The notes under the pieces are model-generated. The model was not told where the DNA came from, ran no database searches, and worked only from the letters and a program-made list of their open reading frames with translations. A stretch of DNA of 64,000 nucleotides from Dehalococcoidia bacterium. Its GTDB lineage: Bacteria > Chloroflexota > Dehalococcoidia > Plut-88900. The position numbers were made by a program, and so were the translations under genes. The DNA is taken from the NCBI GenBank assembly GCA_965197645.1, contig OZ240219.1, positions 1-64,000 on the forward strand, written 5' to 3'. Positions 39,901 through 49,472 of this stretch are shown in pieces; the first letter of the stretch is position 1, and every line of letters begins with the position of its first letter.

Positions 39901-41174
39901 AGTCGGACCAATCGGGCAGCCTGTGGCTCACGGCCTTCGTTATGAAGACCTTCGCCGAGGCGAGGGCACTGATGTACATCGACCCTTCGGTGATCGACAG
40001 CGCCGCGGCGTGGATAGAGTCTCACCAGAAGAGCGACGGGTCGTTCGAGAACGTCGGTTTCCTGCACCACCAGGAACTGCTGGGCGGACTGCAAGGGAGG
40101 GACGCTCTGACGGCCTACGTGTCTATCGCACTGCTCGAGACGGGCAACAGCTTCTCAGCCGGACACGCCATCGGCTACCTGGAAGGCCGGTTGAACGAGA
40201 TCGAGGACCCCTACACGATGGCAATCACGGCCTATGCCCTGGAGCTGGCGGGCAGCCGGCACACCGATACGGCCTACGATAAGCTGATGTCGATGGCCCA
40301 GGTCGACGACAACGGTGCGTTGTACTGGGGCGAAGGTGGACCATCCATCGAACCGGATGCTGAAGACCACTACGGTCTGGACTATGGGAATCGTAGCGCT
40401 GCCATCGAGACGACCGGATACGCCCTTCTCGCCCTGCTGGAGCGTCAGGACCTGGTCAGCGCATCTCAGACGGCCAAGTGGCTGGTGGGACAGCGGAACG
40501 CACTGGGCGGCTTCGGCTCCACCCAGGACACTATCGTCAGTTTGCAGGGTCTCACGTCTTTCTCAACGAAGGTGCGCTCAAACGTCGATATGACTGTGGT
40601 GCTGGAAAGCGGCGGCTGGCGCCAGGAGGTAGACATTACTCCCGAGAACTCCGACGTGATGCAGATAGTGCAGGTCCCTCTCGGCGAAACGTTGGTCGTG
40701 ACGGCCGAAGGCGACGGGGACGCTGTCGTACAGTCGGTGCTGAGGTACAACGTCCCGGAGAGCCGGCCCGAGGTCCAGGAGGTGTTCGACATCACCGTCG
40801 ACTACGGCACGGACCACGTCAAGGTCGATGATCTCATTACGATCTCTACGTCGGTTACTTTCACGCCGCCAGCTCCCATCGAGGCGGGCATGGTGGTGGT
40901 CGACGTTGCCGTGCCCACGGGGTTTGAGCCCGTTCGACAGACCGTTAGCGACATAGTCGAGGACAACGCCAACGTCAAGCGGTTCGAGATCGCCGGTCGG
41001 AAGGTGATCCTCTACATCGAGGACATGCTACCTAGCGAGACGGTCTCCTTCGAGTTCCAGGCACGGGCGAAGTACCCGGTCCGGGCGAAAGAGGTGGTGT
41101 CCGAGGTGTACTCCTACTACCGGCCGGAGCATCGCGGCGAGACCCTTGCGGGCGCGTTGACCGTGATCCAGTGA
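36963..41174 (+). CDS. Alpha-2-macroglobulin/CD109/TEP-like thioester lipoprotein
   Basis: Lipobox LASC, ETDKPIYKPGQ, EYVLPKYEV, FPETWIW, PDSITTW, MPFGCGEQNM, DGSFSAFG, GGFGSTQDT, YSYYRPE. Confidence 0.92.
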   Translation: MTKLLALATVAIILVVLASCDRSSPTTEPARPDETPVSQTSTPTTAPVTTVEVVPGLAPDSFVAVVPSTLRAGYAERVSISLFNGDRLVAGNVLLTLSDRGGTVGTVLAARVEGTDSVELLIPQLEPGRYRIEVEVEEVDETRSALVEVEDGVLLFVETDKPIYKPGQTVHIRLMTLDALLKPWQFAATIEVQDAKGIKVFKKEVTTDEYGMATVDLPLSTEPNLGVWKLTALAGAQKTQLDVRVEEYVLPKYEVNINTDRDWLLAGDPVIGTVSGEYSFGKPVVGEMEIVASRYVGQWEEYARFQGPIDGETTFKLPPVGFVAGVPQAGGQGNLTLDVTIREKGTGYEEKTSKLITVAAAPITLKVIPDSLVFKPGLEMSYLVVTQEPDGSPAVDTVVTLTLAYLDREFEQIDEETIEVTTSRGKAIVKAAPPSEAIGLTLWAEAGDAYTSLSLQSGHSPSGNFIHLEQVTQGDVNVGDRVRFRAHSTREARNFYYEVLSRGTVIFTDVSSGPDIEFVSTQLMAPSSRILVYQILPNNEIAADYLPFDVQASYPHDVQIGFSEEEVRPGTAVDINLQTQGESRVGLVAVDRSVFILAENRLNLQQVFNELERLYLEPQVELHEARFTDVINTRGAEETFRDAGAIVLTNKDVPSGERIVREVLEIMAMEEVMEEAADSVSIAYSLGVADLSAHEGLAEVQRVRQFFPETWIWQDVYTGADGAAVLPVEAPDSITTWVLRAVGMSKEHGLGIGESALRVFQPFFLTVDLPFSAIRGEELPVKVALFNYLETPQEMFVKIEEAGWFDLLDDPLKSITIDANDIGGAEFMIRPRGLGSNSIKITARSTEAADAVIKELLVQPEGVGVETVENYVVSDGHHSEFDTSLPFDAVEGSGRAYVALTGSFLTQSIEGLDQLLRMPFGCGEQNMILFAPNVYIARYLKETGQLKPEIMAKAEHLMTVGYQRELTYRRSDGSFSAFGESDQSGSLWLTAFVMKTFAEARALMYIDPSVIDSAAAWIESHQKSDGSFENVGFLHHQELLGGLQGRDALTAYVSIALLETGNSFSAGHAIGYLEGRLNEIEDPYTMAITAYALELAGSRHTDTAYDKLMSMAQVDDNGALYWGEGGPSIEPDAEDHYGLDYGNRSAAIETTGYALLALLERQDLVSASQTAKWLVGQRNALGGFGSTQDTIVSLQGLTSFSTKVRSNVDMTVVLESGGWRQEVDITPENSDVMQIVQVPLGETLVVTAEGDGDAVVQSVLRYNVPESRPEVQEVFDITVDYGTDHVKVDDLITISTSVTFTPPAPIEAGMVVVDVAVPTGFEPVRQTVSDIVEDNANVKRFEIAGRKVILYIEDMLPSETVSFEFQARAKYPVRAKEVVSEVYSYYRPEHRGETLAGALTVIQ

Positions 41175-41302
41175 TGGGGGGATGGGAAGGTTCCACTCCG
41201 CTTCCGAGACGCCGTCGGTAACCTGGCGGAGGGGCTGGGCTCCGGCCGCAACCACGCCCGGAGGTAGCTCGACGGACGATCGCGGGTTTCTTGACCTCAG
41301 AA

Positions 41303-41704
41303 TCATCCGCCCAGCGCTTCCTGCGGGTTCACGGCAGGGATTGGTGAACGTTCATAGTCCCTTATGTTCCTAGTGACGATGTGACGAGCGCCGCAGGCGC
41401 GGGCGGCGGCAACCTGCATGGCGTCCTCGAAGTCCTTCATCGGAAGCTCAGCCGCATAACGGAGGGATTCGGTGTCGGTCACAGCCACTTCCACGAAACG
41501 GGTTAGCTCGATAATGAATTCGCGAGCGCTGACATCCCCAAGAGTTGGAGTTACGATGTAGTAGAAGTTGGACACCGAATGCCATGCAATGTATGCGGCC
41601 TCTGCGCCATGCTCGATCCGGTCCAGTAATTCCAATGCTGAGTCGGAGTGCGGGCGCCTGTCAAGGGCGACATCTATGAGCACGTCAGTGTCAAGAAGTA
41701 TCAT
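41303..41704 (-). CDS. PIN domain (VapC-like) toxin
   Basis: ILLDTDVLID, DFEDAMQ, IVTRNIRDY. Confidence 0.9.
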   Translation of the reverse strand: MILLDTDVLIDVALDRRPHSDSALELLDRIEHGAEAAYIAWHSVSNFYYIVTPTLGDVSAREFIIELTRFVEVAVTDTESLRYAAELPMKDFEDAMQVAAARACGARHIVTRNIRDYERSPIPAVNPQEALGG

Positions 41705-41928
41705 TGGAAGTACTTCTTGGCCAGCGCGTCGTAACGCGGGTCGCCCTCGCGCTCCGCTGCCCGCAACTTGCCTCGCCATCGCGAGGCGAAGGATCGTGTA
41801 TGGTCACCTGCCATTTCCCTGAGAGACTGCTCGATGAGCGAAGACAGCGACACTCCTCGGGAACGGGCGTACCGCTTGGCTAAAGGGAGTAGCTCAGCGT
41901 CGACGGTGATTGTCAGCTTCTGCTTCAT
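41701..41928 (-). CDS. RHH antitoxin (DUF6364-like)
   Basis: KQKLTITVD..AKRYARSRGVSLSSLIE; overlaps the toxin start. Confidence 0.85.
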   Translation of the reverse strand: MKQKLTITVDAELLPLAKRYARSRGVSLSSLIEQSLREMAGDHTRSFASRWRGKLRAAEREGDPRYDALAKKYFQ

Positions 41929-41952
41929 CGTGATCCGGACCCTCCTTTCCAA

Positions 41953-41984
41953 GTACACTTATACGGTCTTGAGTATACGTGTAC
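41953..41984. promoter_or_regulatory. Inverted repeat, probable operator of the TA operon
   Basis: GTACACTTATAC-8 bp-GTATACGTGTAC (1 mismatch). Confidence 0.6.
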
Positions 41985-42040
41985 GTAGCCCGGTGCTCAA
42001 GGCATCTGCCCTAGGAGAAACGTGGGGCAGAGGGCATGAT

Positions 42041-42096
42041 GCCTGGGGAAGTCCCTCAGACTACCGACAAGGGTGACTCCTCCCTCTGCGCACCCC
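42041..42096 (-). repeat. Degenerate copy of the intergenic repeat at 63089
   Basis: Reverse complement GGGGTGCGCAGAGGGAGG..CCCTTGTCGGTAGTCTGAGGG matches the start of the 63089 element. Confidence 0.55.
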
Positions 42097-42267
42097 ACAG
42101 CTAATCAGCCTGTTACTGGCAGGCCTGGAGCCCGGTACAACGCCCCTTTGCAAGCTTGGAATTGATGAGTTTCCACACCAGGGTTGTGGCGAAATGGCAA
42201 CAGCGGATGATACATTTAACTCGTAACTTAGCAGGGCCGACTCCGGCCTCTTGAAAAGGGGGGGCGA

Positions 42268-42678
42268 ATGTCCATCTTGATTCGTGCGGTAGCAGCTTAT
42301 CTGGTGCTGGTGTCGGTAGCAGTGGCCGTGCTCTTCATTGTCACTCCGCTGTACCACCCCGGCGGTGACGCCGACTTCCCGGAGTGGGAGATGCTCAACT
42401 GGTTCATGGCGGTGGGGATAGTACTCACCCTGGGAGCCGGCTACGTGGAAAAGCGGCGCGTGGACGGCGACGATTCGTCGGACCTGAAAAGCTACTTGGC
42501 CGTGAACGCCACTTTCTACGGGACCGTCGTCGTGCTCCTCTTGTTCTTCTGGAACTGGTTCAGCCTCCTGTCTCCCAACAACCAGCCCGACGGACAGTTT
42601 TGGACCGTCATCGATACCCTGATGCCCATCGTAATGGGCGTTACCGGCTGCCGAATGTGGCGCAGCGCCGACTCATAG
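42268..42678 (+). CDS. Hypothetical 4-TM membrane protein
   Basis: Four hydrophobic segments, typical codon usage. Confidence 0.7.
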   Translation: MSILIRAVAAYLVLVSVAVAVLFIVTPLYHPGGDADFPEWEMLNWFMAVGIVLTLGAGYVEKRRVDGDDSSDLKSYLAVNATFYGTVVVLLLFFWNWFSLLSPNNQPDGQFWTVIDTLMPIVMGVTGCRMWRSADS

Positions 42679-42832
42679 TCCTGGACCTTCTATTCCAGTC
42701 GAAGAGAGCCACCGGGTAAGGGCGTGCCCTTGTTCGGGCCCTACGCCTATTGGGGGACACTGGAGACTGCGATAGCGATAAGCCACTGAGCACCCGCTTG
42801 GGCCCGAGATCCGTGAGAATCCAGAGAGGAGA

Positions 42833-43312
42833 ATGCCAACCATGGTACGAGGAAGAGCCTGTGCAGGTAGGCTATGTGTCTTCACCATAGCCTTGACCCT
42901 TGTTGTGCTCACGATCGCGGCATGTAGAGGAGAGAGTAGTCCAGAGCACTCGGATATGGAGTCCATGAGTGCTGATCCGGTTTCGGTAGCAGAAGTCGAG
43001 TTGTCGGATACTGCCCGTGCTGGCGAGGAACTGTTCAACGCCAACTGCTCGGTCTGTCACGGTGTGGGGGCGACCGGTACCAACCTGGGGCCTCCTTTAA
43101 TCGACGACACCTACCATCCCGGCCATCACGCTGACTTCAGCATTCGAATCGCCGTGCGCAACGGAGTGAAGGCGCACCACTGGCGCTTCGGCGATATGGC
43201 CCCCGTAGCCGGCGTCTCCCCAGAAGAAGTGGACATGATCATCTGCTACATCCGGGAGGTGCAGCGGGCTGCCGATATCTTCGAAGGGGACTCCTTCTCA
43301 ACTGTGTGCTAG
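42833..43312 (+). CDS. Monoheme cytochrome c lipoprotein
   Basis: Lipobox IAAC, CSVCH, GPPL, HHWRFGDM. Confidence 0.85.
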   Translation: MPTMVRGRACAGRLCVFTIALTLVVLTIAACRGESSPEHSDMESMSADPVSVAEVELSDTARAGEELFNANCSVCHGVGATGTNLGPPLIDDTYHPGHHADFSIRIAVRNGVKAHHWRFGDMAPVAGVSPEEVDMIICYIREVQRAADIFEGDSFSTVC

Positions 43313-43443
43313 GTGGACTCAGCTCATGACACGTAGGAGCTTGACCCAACTACGACGAAAGATGCGCTCACCTTCTTCCAAGCCGGCACCCGGTGGACAC
43401 CGGCTGACAAAGAACTACTCATCCTAAAACAGGGCAAGGCCGC

Positions 43444-43884
43444 ATGAGGAAAGAGGACGAGACGGAGCTGGAGATTCGGGCTTACCGAGAATCGGACCGT
43501 GGCGACGTAGTAGCTTTATGGCAAGAGTGTGGGCTGGTAGTGCCCTGGAACGATCCCGGAAAGGACATCCGCCGTAAGCTCTGCATCCAGCGGGAGATGT
43601 TTCTCGTCGGATCGCTCGGTTCCAGGTTGGTGGGGACTGTGATGGCCGGCTACGATGGTCATCGTGGCTGGATTTACTATTTGGCAGTAGCTACCGAATG
43701 CCGGACAGGAGGATTCGGGCGCCGCTTGATGGACGAGGCCGAAGCGCATCTGAGAAACATTGGCTGTGTCAAGATCAATCTACAAGTCAGGACCTCCAAC
43801 GTTGACGTGGTTACCTTCTACAAGAGCATCGGGTACTCGGTGGACGATGTAGTGAGCATGGGCAAAAGGCTCGAGGAAGACTGA
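43444..43884 (+). CDS. GNAT acetyltransferase (YpeA-like)
   Basis: PWNDP, MAGYDGHRGWIYYLAV, KINLQVR. Confidence 0.9.
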   Translation: MRKEDETELEIRAYRESDRGDVVALWQECGLVVPWNDPGKDIRRKLCIQREMFLVGSLGSRLVGTVMAGYDGHRGWIYYLAVATECRTGGFGRRLMDEAEAHLRNIGCVKINLQVRTSNVDVVTFYKSIGYSVDDVVSMGKRLEED

Positions 43885-44603
43885 TGACCCACGTCATCGC
43901 TCGCCGTTTCGAACGACGATGCCAGCTCCCTGATGTTGGCATTCAAGACCAGTTGCCTACGGCGGACGAAGAATACCCAGTCACCTTCCCCTAGAGATGC
44001 CACCGCCGGATCAATCCCCATCGCATAGAGACCTGAAAACTGGTCCCAAAATCTCCGGAGCGCCTCTTCATCTTCGGCTTGCAAAACCTGCCGCAACACC
44101 GACAACGCAGCTTCCGATTCTCCTATTTCGGATGTAGTAGTTGCCAGGCGCAACCGAAAGTCGGCGGCAACCTGGTTCACACTCTGCAGCTCAACCTGGT
44201 ACACAGCGAGGTTATCGATGACCGAGACTAGGTCGTGCGCTCTGTTGCTGACGGTCTGCGCGTCCGGTCTCAACTCCGGTACGGCATTGACCCCCTCCAA
44301 AGCGGTGGTCATCCGCACCAGAGACTGGTCGATGGCTTCTGCATCATAACCTTGGAACCCGGACTCGGATTGGGCTACCACTCCCAGTCCGAAGTTCTGC
44401 AAGCGTTGTGTCTCGCGAGCGGCGGTCCAAGCCTGCTCCAGGGTCGGCACTGATTCAGACTTGACTTTATAGTTATGGTCTCCACTTTGCTCGAAGTAGT
44501 AGACTCCCACGGCACCGGATATCAGAGTTAGGGCTACTGCGAAACCCAAGGCCAGGTACAGCCGGACTCCGATGCGTCGCCACCTGTTTCTTAGGAAATT
44601 CAT
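43885..44603 (-). pseudogene. Truncated N-terminal sensor region of a histidine kinase/chemoreceptor-like protein
   Basis: RIGVRLYLALGF TM plus a helical extracellular region; no second TM, HAMP or kinase; the frame runs into the antisense of the GNAT gene. Confidence 0.55.
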
Positions 44604-44963
44604 CTCAAAAGACCATCTCTGAAGGGGCTATCGCCCGGTCGTTGAACCATCGTTCAAGCAGGTTGGAAAAGCATGGTGTCGGGTTCTGCCGGAAGTCAGG
44701 TTATCCATGCTGGAGAACTTGTAGGCTCGAGAGCTACACCGCCTTGACACCGATAGTTGCACATCAGTTGCGGCCTTCCGACAAGTGCCGCGGGCCCCAA
44801 ACTTTGTGCCGGTCGCGAAGCCGGTCCTGGCGCCTCTAGACTAATGGCCGGAATGGTACAATGCCTGGGCCGGATTGGCCTGTGGTGCTTCTATCGTCCA
44901 CCCCCAGGATTCCTTTGGGCTTTACGCTCATGGCTACCGGCCAATTCAGCTGGAGGTCGCTAT

Positions 44964-46112
44964 ATGGCTGAACGCATATACATCCAAGGTGAAAGCGGAG
45001 GGCTTGAGCCCCTCGAGGAGGAGCGTTTCTCGACCGAGGACGAGCTCCAGGAACTGATTGCCGCGCACCCGGAGCTTCTCGATGGCGAGCAGATACGGCC
45101 GGGGAACCCCACGCGGTGGCTGCTGATCACTCGCGAGAAGGATATCTCTGAGACCTCTGATTCCGGCGCTCGCTGGTCCCTCGACCACCTGATCGTCGAT
45201 CAAGACGCCGTTCCCACACTGGTCGAGGTGAAGCGAGGCTCGAATCCCGAAATCCGCCGGACCGTTGTAGGACAGATGCTGGAGTATGCGGCCCATGCAG
45301 CACAGACCTGGACTGCGGCCGAGCTTCGGGAGACCTTCGAGGAGACGGCCACCCGTCAAGACCTTGATCCCAACGAGGAGCTTGAGAAGCTGGTGCAGTC
45401 GGGCGGAGAACCGGACGCCGACGGCTTCTGGGAAAGCGTTGCCACCAACCTCGATGCCAGACGTCTCCGCCTGCTGTTCGTCGCAGACCATATTCCTGAT
45501 GAGCTTGAACGAATCGTTGAGTTCCTCAACGCGCAGATGCCCAACATCGAGGTGCTTGCAGTCGAGATCAAACGGTTCCGAGGCGAGCATAGACAGACGT
45601 TGGTGCCAAGGGTGATAGGTAGAATCGCTGGCTCGCCAGCTCAAGGCACCACCAGTCGCAATCCGAAGCTCAATCAAGGATCATTCTTATCGGAATTCAC
45701 TAACGATGCGCAGAGAAACGCGGCGAAGCGACTGCTCGAGGTCGCCCGGCAGTCTGACATTTTCTTGTCATGGGGGCCGAGCGGCGTCAGCGTCCGCGTG
45801 CGCTGTTCTCGCTACCAATATCTGATCACTGTCGCCTGGCTCTACCCTCCGTCAAAGGAGGGAGCGATCTGGTTGCGAACCACCGAATTTTCCTTCGGCT
45901 GCGCCATATTCGACTACGACCCAGCGCCGGACGAAGAGTTGCGTGCCATACTTCAAAAGTACGTGGACAGCTTCAGCAACGACATTTTCACCAAAGATGC
46001 TTCAAGCAAAGGAGTAGTTGCGTGGTCGGTTCCGTATGACGAAGCGGCGCAGCACATAGACCTATTGGTCAGTCGCCTCGAAGGAGTGATCTCGGAGTTG
46101 AAAGCCCTGTAA
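44964..46112 (+). CDS. NucS/DUF91-like PD-(D/E)XK endonuclease-domain protein
   Basis: EDELQELIA..PELL, SLDHL..D..PTLVEVKR, GQMLEYA; GGAGG RBS. Confidence 0.7.
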   Translation: MAERIYIQGESGGLEPLEEERFSTEDELQELIAAHPELLDGEQIRPGNPTRWLLITREKDISETSDSGARWSLDHLIVDQDAVPTLVEVKRGSNPEIRRTVVGQMLEYAAHAAQTWTAAELRETFEETATRQDLDPNEELEKLVQSGGEPDADGFWESVATNLDARRLRLLFVADHIPDELERIVEFLNAQMPNIEVLAVEIKRFRGEHRQTLVPRVIGRIAGSPAQGTTSRNPKLNQGSFLSEFTNDAQRNAAKRLLEVARQSDIFLSWGPSGVSVRVRCSRYQYLITVAWLYPPSKEGAIWLRTTEFSFGCAIFDYDPAPDEELRAILQKYVDSFSNDIFTKDASSKGVVAWSVPYDEAAQHIDLLVSRLEGVISELKAL

Positions 46113-46239
46113 GGGAGCCACGTCAACGTCCCGGGCAAGCTGTAAAATGGGGGCATCGAATAAAGAGGAGTCCCAGATGGAGACTGCCATCGTCCACCTG
46201 ATCACCAGCAGCACCGTACGACAAGAGAGGTCGTACTAG

Positions 46240-47511
46240 GTGGCAATCAGTGGCCCGGACATGCCCCTCAGTCCCTACCGAGCACTCGACCTGACCGAAG
46301 GGGGCGTAAACTGGTGCGGCAAGGTGCTGGCCGACCTGGGAGCGGACGTGATCAAGGTGGAGCCTCCCGGCGGCAGCCTCACCAGGTCCCGGGGCCCCTT
46401 CTACAACGACGACCCCCACCCGGAACGCAGCCTGTTGTGGTCCTCGTACTGCATGAACAAACGGGGAATCACCCTCGCCCTTGAAACCCGAGATGGGCAG
46501 GATCTGTTCAAACGACTGGTGGCAAAATCGGATTTCGTTCTGGAGTCCTTCACCCCCGGGTACTTGGATGGGCTGGGCCTGGGCTACGATCACCTCAGGG
46601 AGATCAATCCGGGAGTGATTCTGACCTCGATGACGCCCTTCGGCCAGTCGGGCCCTCATGCCAAGTTCAAGGCGACGGACCTGATCACCTGGTCGATGGG
46701 CGGCATGCAGTACATCAGCGGCGACGGCGACCGTCCGCCGGTGCGGATCAGCTTCCCCCAGGCGGAGCTGCACGGAGGCGCCCAGGGGGCCGCGGGATCG
46801 ATGATGGCGTTGTGGAGTCGACAGCGGACGGGCCAGGGCCAGCAGGTCGACGTTTCGATGCAGGTGGCCGTAATCTGGACCCTGATGAACTCCACGTCCT
46901 TCCCTCTCCTGCACAAGGAGAGCGTGGAAAGGGCCGGCTCTCTGAGAAAGATGGGGTTCCTGGCAATCAGAAACGTCTACCCCTGCAAAGACGGGTACAT
47001 CAGCGCCCTCGTAGTTGGTGGGGCGCTCGGCACCCGGTCAACCTCGGCACTCGTGCGCTGGATGGACGAGGATGGGATGGCGCCCGACTTCATGAAAGAG
47101 CGGGACTGGGCAGCCTGGGACTTCGCTGCCATAGCAGGCCAGGGCAAAGAGGGACTCAAGGACGTCAGGGCGATAGAGAAGCACGTTACCGAGTTCCTCA
47201 TGACCAAGACCAAGGCCGAGCTGTATGAACGAGCTATAGCAGACCGGATACTCCTGGCTCCCTGCAACACGGTACGGGACGTGGTGGAAAACCCCCAGCT
47301 ACAGGCTCGAGACTTCTGGCTGGAGGTGTACCACCCGGATTTCGAGGCCGCGCTATCGCATCCCGGTCCGTTCATCAAGCTCAGCGAGACCCCGATGCAG
47401 ACTTACCGACGCGCACCGTTGATCGGTGAGCACAACGAAGCGGTTTATATCACCGAGCTGGGCCTGAGCGAGGAAGAACTGGCCCAGCTCAAAGGCCGGG
47501 CAGTAGTGTGA
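46240..47511 (+). CDS. CaiB/BaiF class III CoA-transferase, subunit 1
   Basis: LADLGADVIKVEPPGG, NKRGITL, TPFGQSGP, APLIGEHN. Confidence 0.92.
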   Translation: MAISGPDMPLSPYRALDLTEGGVNWCGKVLADLGADVIKVEPPGGSLTRSRGPFYNDDPHPERSLLWSSYCMNKRGITLALETRDGQDLFKRLVAKSDFVLESFTPGYLDGLGLGYDHLREINPGVILTSMTPFGQSGPHAKFKATDLITWSMGGMQYISGDGDRPPVRISFPQAELHGGAQGAAGSMMALWSRQRTGQGQQVDVSMQVAVIWTLMNSTSFPLLHKESVERAGSLRKMGFLAIRNVYPCKDGYISALVVGGALGTRSTSALVRWMDEDGMAPDFMKERDWAAWDFAAIAGQGKEGLKDVRAIEKHVTEFLMTKTKAELYERAIADRILLAPCNTVRDVVENPQLQARDFWLEVYHPDFEAALSHPGPFIKLSETPMQTYRRAPLIGEHNEAVYITELGLSEEELAQLKGRAVV

Positions 47512-48788
47512 AGCAGGAACTGATCATGGCGGACAACATGGTTTTGACCGGCGTCAAGGTACTGGACTTCACCTGGGTGGGCGTGGGCCCGATAACGATC
47601 AAGTATCTGGCCGACCACGGCGCCGAAGTGGTCCACGTAGAGTCGGTGAGCCGTCCCGACATCCTGAGACTGACGCCGCCCTTCAAAGAGGGCAAGCCCG
47701 GGATCAACCGGAGCCAGTTCCCGGCCAACTACAACACAAGCAAATACGGCCTGGGGCTCAACATGGCCAAGCCCCGGGCCCGAGAGCTTATCCGGCGCAT
47801 CATCACCGACTGGCAGCCCGATATCATCGCCGAGAGCTTTACCCCAAAGGCGATGCGCAACTGGGGACTGGACTACCACAGCGTCCGAAAGCTCAAGCCG
47901 GACATCGTCTACTTCAGCGGCTGCCAGCAGGGGGCTACCGGACCCCACGCATTGTACGCCGGTTACGGGCAGCTGGCCGCGGCGCTAGCCGGTTTCTACC
48001 AGATAACCGGGTGGCCCGACAGGGACCCGGCCGGGCCGTATGGCGCTTACTCGGACTTCATCAATCCGCCCAATGCGGCAACGGCTATCATCGCTGCGCT
48101 GGAGTACAGGAGGAGAACGGGTAAGGGACAACACCTGGACCTGTCCCAGTTCGAGTGTTCCACCCAGTATCTGGCCCCGTTGGTCCTGGACTACGAAGCG
48201 AACGATAGAGTCATGGGGCGGAGAGGAAACGAGGATGACACCTTCGCACCTCACGGGGTGTATCCGTGCAAAGACCGGGAGCCATCCGACGACGGCGTGC
48301 AGGCTACCGGCGGCTCGTGGTGCTCCATCGCGGTTACATCGGACGAGGAGTGGGTATCCCTTTGCGGCGCCATGGGAGTCCTCTCCTTGAGCAGCGACCC
48401 CCAGTTCGCTACATTCGCCGCCCGCAAGAAGAATCGAGAGGAGCTGGATGGGCTGATCGGAAAGTGGACCGCCCAGCACGAGGCCCAACAGGTCATGGAT
48501 CTGCTTCAGGATGCGGGAGTGGCGGCCGGTGTCGTTCAAAGCCAGTTGGACCTGTGGGAAGACCCTCACCTGAAACACCAGGACTTCTTCCAGTGGCTGG
48601 AGCATAGCGAGTGCGGCCCCATGCCCTACGATGGACTACAGTTCAAGCTCTCCGAAACTCCGGGTAGACTGCGAATGCCCCAAGCCACCATCGGACAGCA
48701 CAACGAGCTGATACTCAAGGAATTCATAAATCTATCGGATGAAGAGATAGCCGAGCTGGTCCGGGAAGAGGTGTTGGAGACCTCCTGA
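47508..48788 (+). CDS. CaiB/BaiF class III CoA-transferase, subunit 2
   Basis: KVLDFTWVGVGP, LADHGAEV, YSDF, GQHLDLSQ. Confidence 0.92.
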   Translation: MKQELIMADNMVLTGVKVLDFTWVGVGPITIKYLADHGAEVVHVESVSRPDILRLTPPFKEGKPGINRSQFPANYNTSKYGLGLNMAKPRARELIRRIITDWQPDIIAESFTPKAMRNWGLDYHSVRKLKPDIVYFSGCQQGATGPHALYAGYGQLAAALAGFYQITGWPDRDPAGPYGAYSDFINPPNAATAIIAALEYRRRTGKGQHLDLSQFECSTQYLAPLVLDYEANDRVMGRRGNEDDTFAPHGVYPCKDREPSDDGVQATGGSWCSIAVTSDEEWVSLCGAMGVLSLSSDPQFATFAARKKNREELDGLIGKWTAQHEAQQVMDLLQDAGVAAGVVQSQLDLWEDPHLKHQDFFQWLEHSECGPMPYDGLQFKLSETPGRLRMPQATIGQHNELILKEFINLSDEEIAELVREEVLETS

Positions 48789-48794
48789 CTCGCC

Positions 48795-49457
48795 ATGACA
48801 ACTCCCCCGGAAAAGAGCTGCTCCAGGTGCAACAGACCGACCCAGCTCGACACTAACTTCTGTCCGTGGTGCGGCGCCCGAGAGTTCAGGGTGGACCCTT
48901 GGCTGCCATCTCGCCTGCCGGTTCCGGAGGTGGATCAGTACGGCCTGAAGTTGGGCATTGGCAGGATCATCGTATTTGGGGTCGTATCCCTGGGGCTGTA
49001 CCTGTTTTACTGGGCGTACTTCACGTGGGACCAGCTGAAACGGGAGACCGGCGGCAACTTTTCCCCGCCGTGGCACGCACTATAGCTTCTGGTACCCATC
49101 TATAACCTGTTCCGCATGCATCACCACGTCCGGGTTATCAAGGAGCTTTGCGAAAGCGGCGGTGTCCAGACCAACCTGTCCCCACCCCTGGTTATCGTAA
49201 TGTTGCTGCTCAGCGGGATACTGGATTTCATAGTGCTATTGGCAGTGTCGCGCGGCTTGGCGATAGGGTTAAGTGTGATCAGCTTGATCTTGACGGTTAC
49301 GATTATTGTATGGGCGCAGAACGAGTTGAACGCCTACTGGTCTAAATCGAGGGGAGAAGCTGTCCGGGAGGCTGGATTCTCGCCTATAGAATGGATCGTC
49401 GGCCTCATCGGTATACTGAGCTTGTCCCTTACTCTGATTCCTTTCGAGCTGCCTTGA
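48795..49457 (+). pseudogene. Zinc-ribbon plus DUF4234-like membrane protein interrupted by an in-frame TAG at 49083
   Basis: CSRC..FCPWCG, SLGLYLFYW, then HAL*LLVPIYNLF continuing in the same frame to 49457. Confidence 0.7.
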
Positions 49458-49472
49458 GGCGGGGTCATCAGT

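Noticed and set aside
9823-49085. Alternative genetic code explaining the in-frame stops
   Set aside because: TGA and TAG both terminate many intact genes in this window, so the isolated stops are better explained as mutations or errors.
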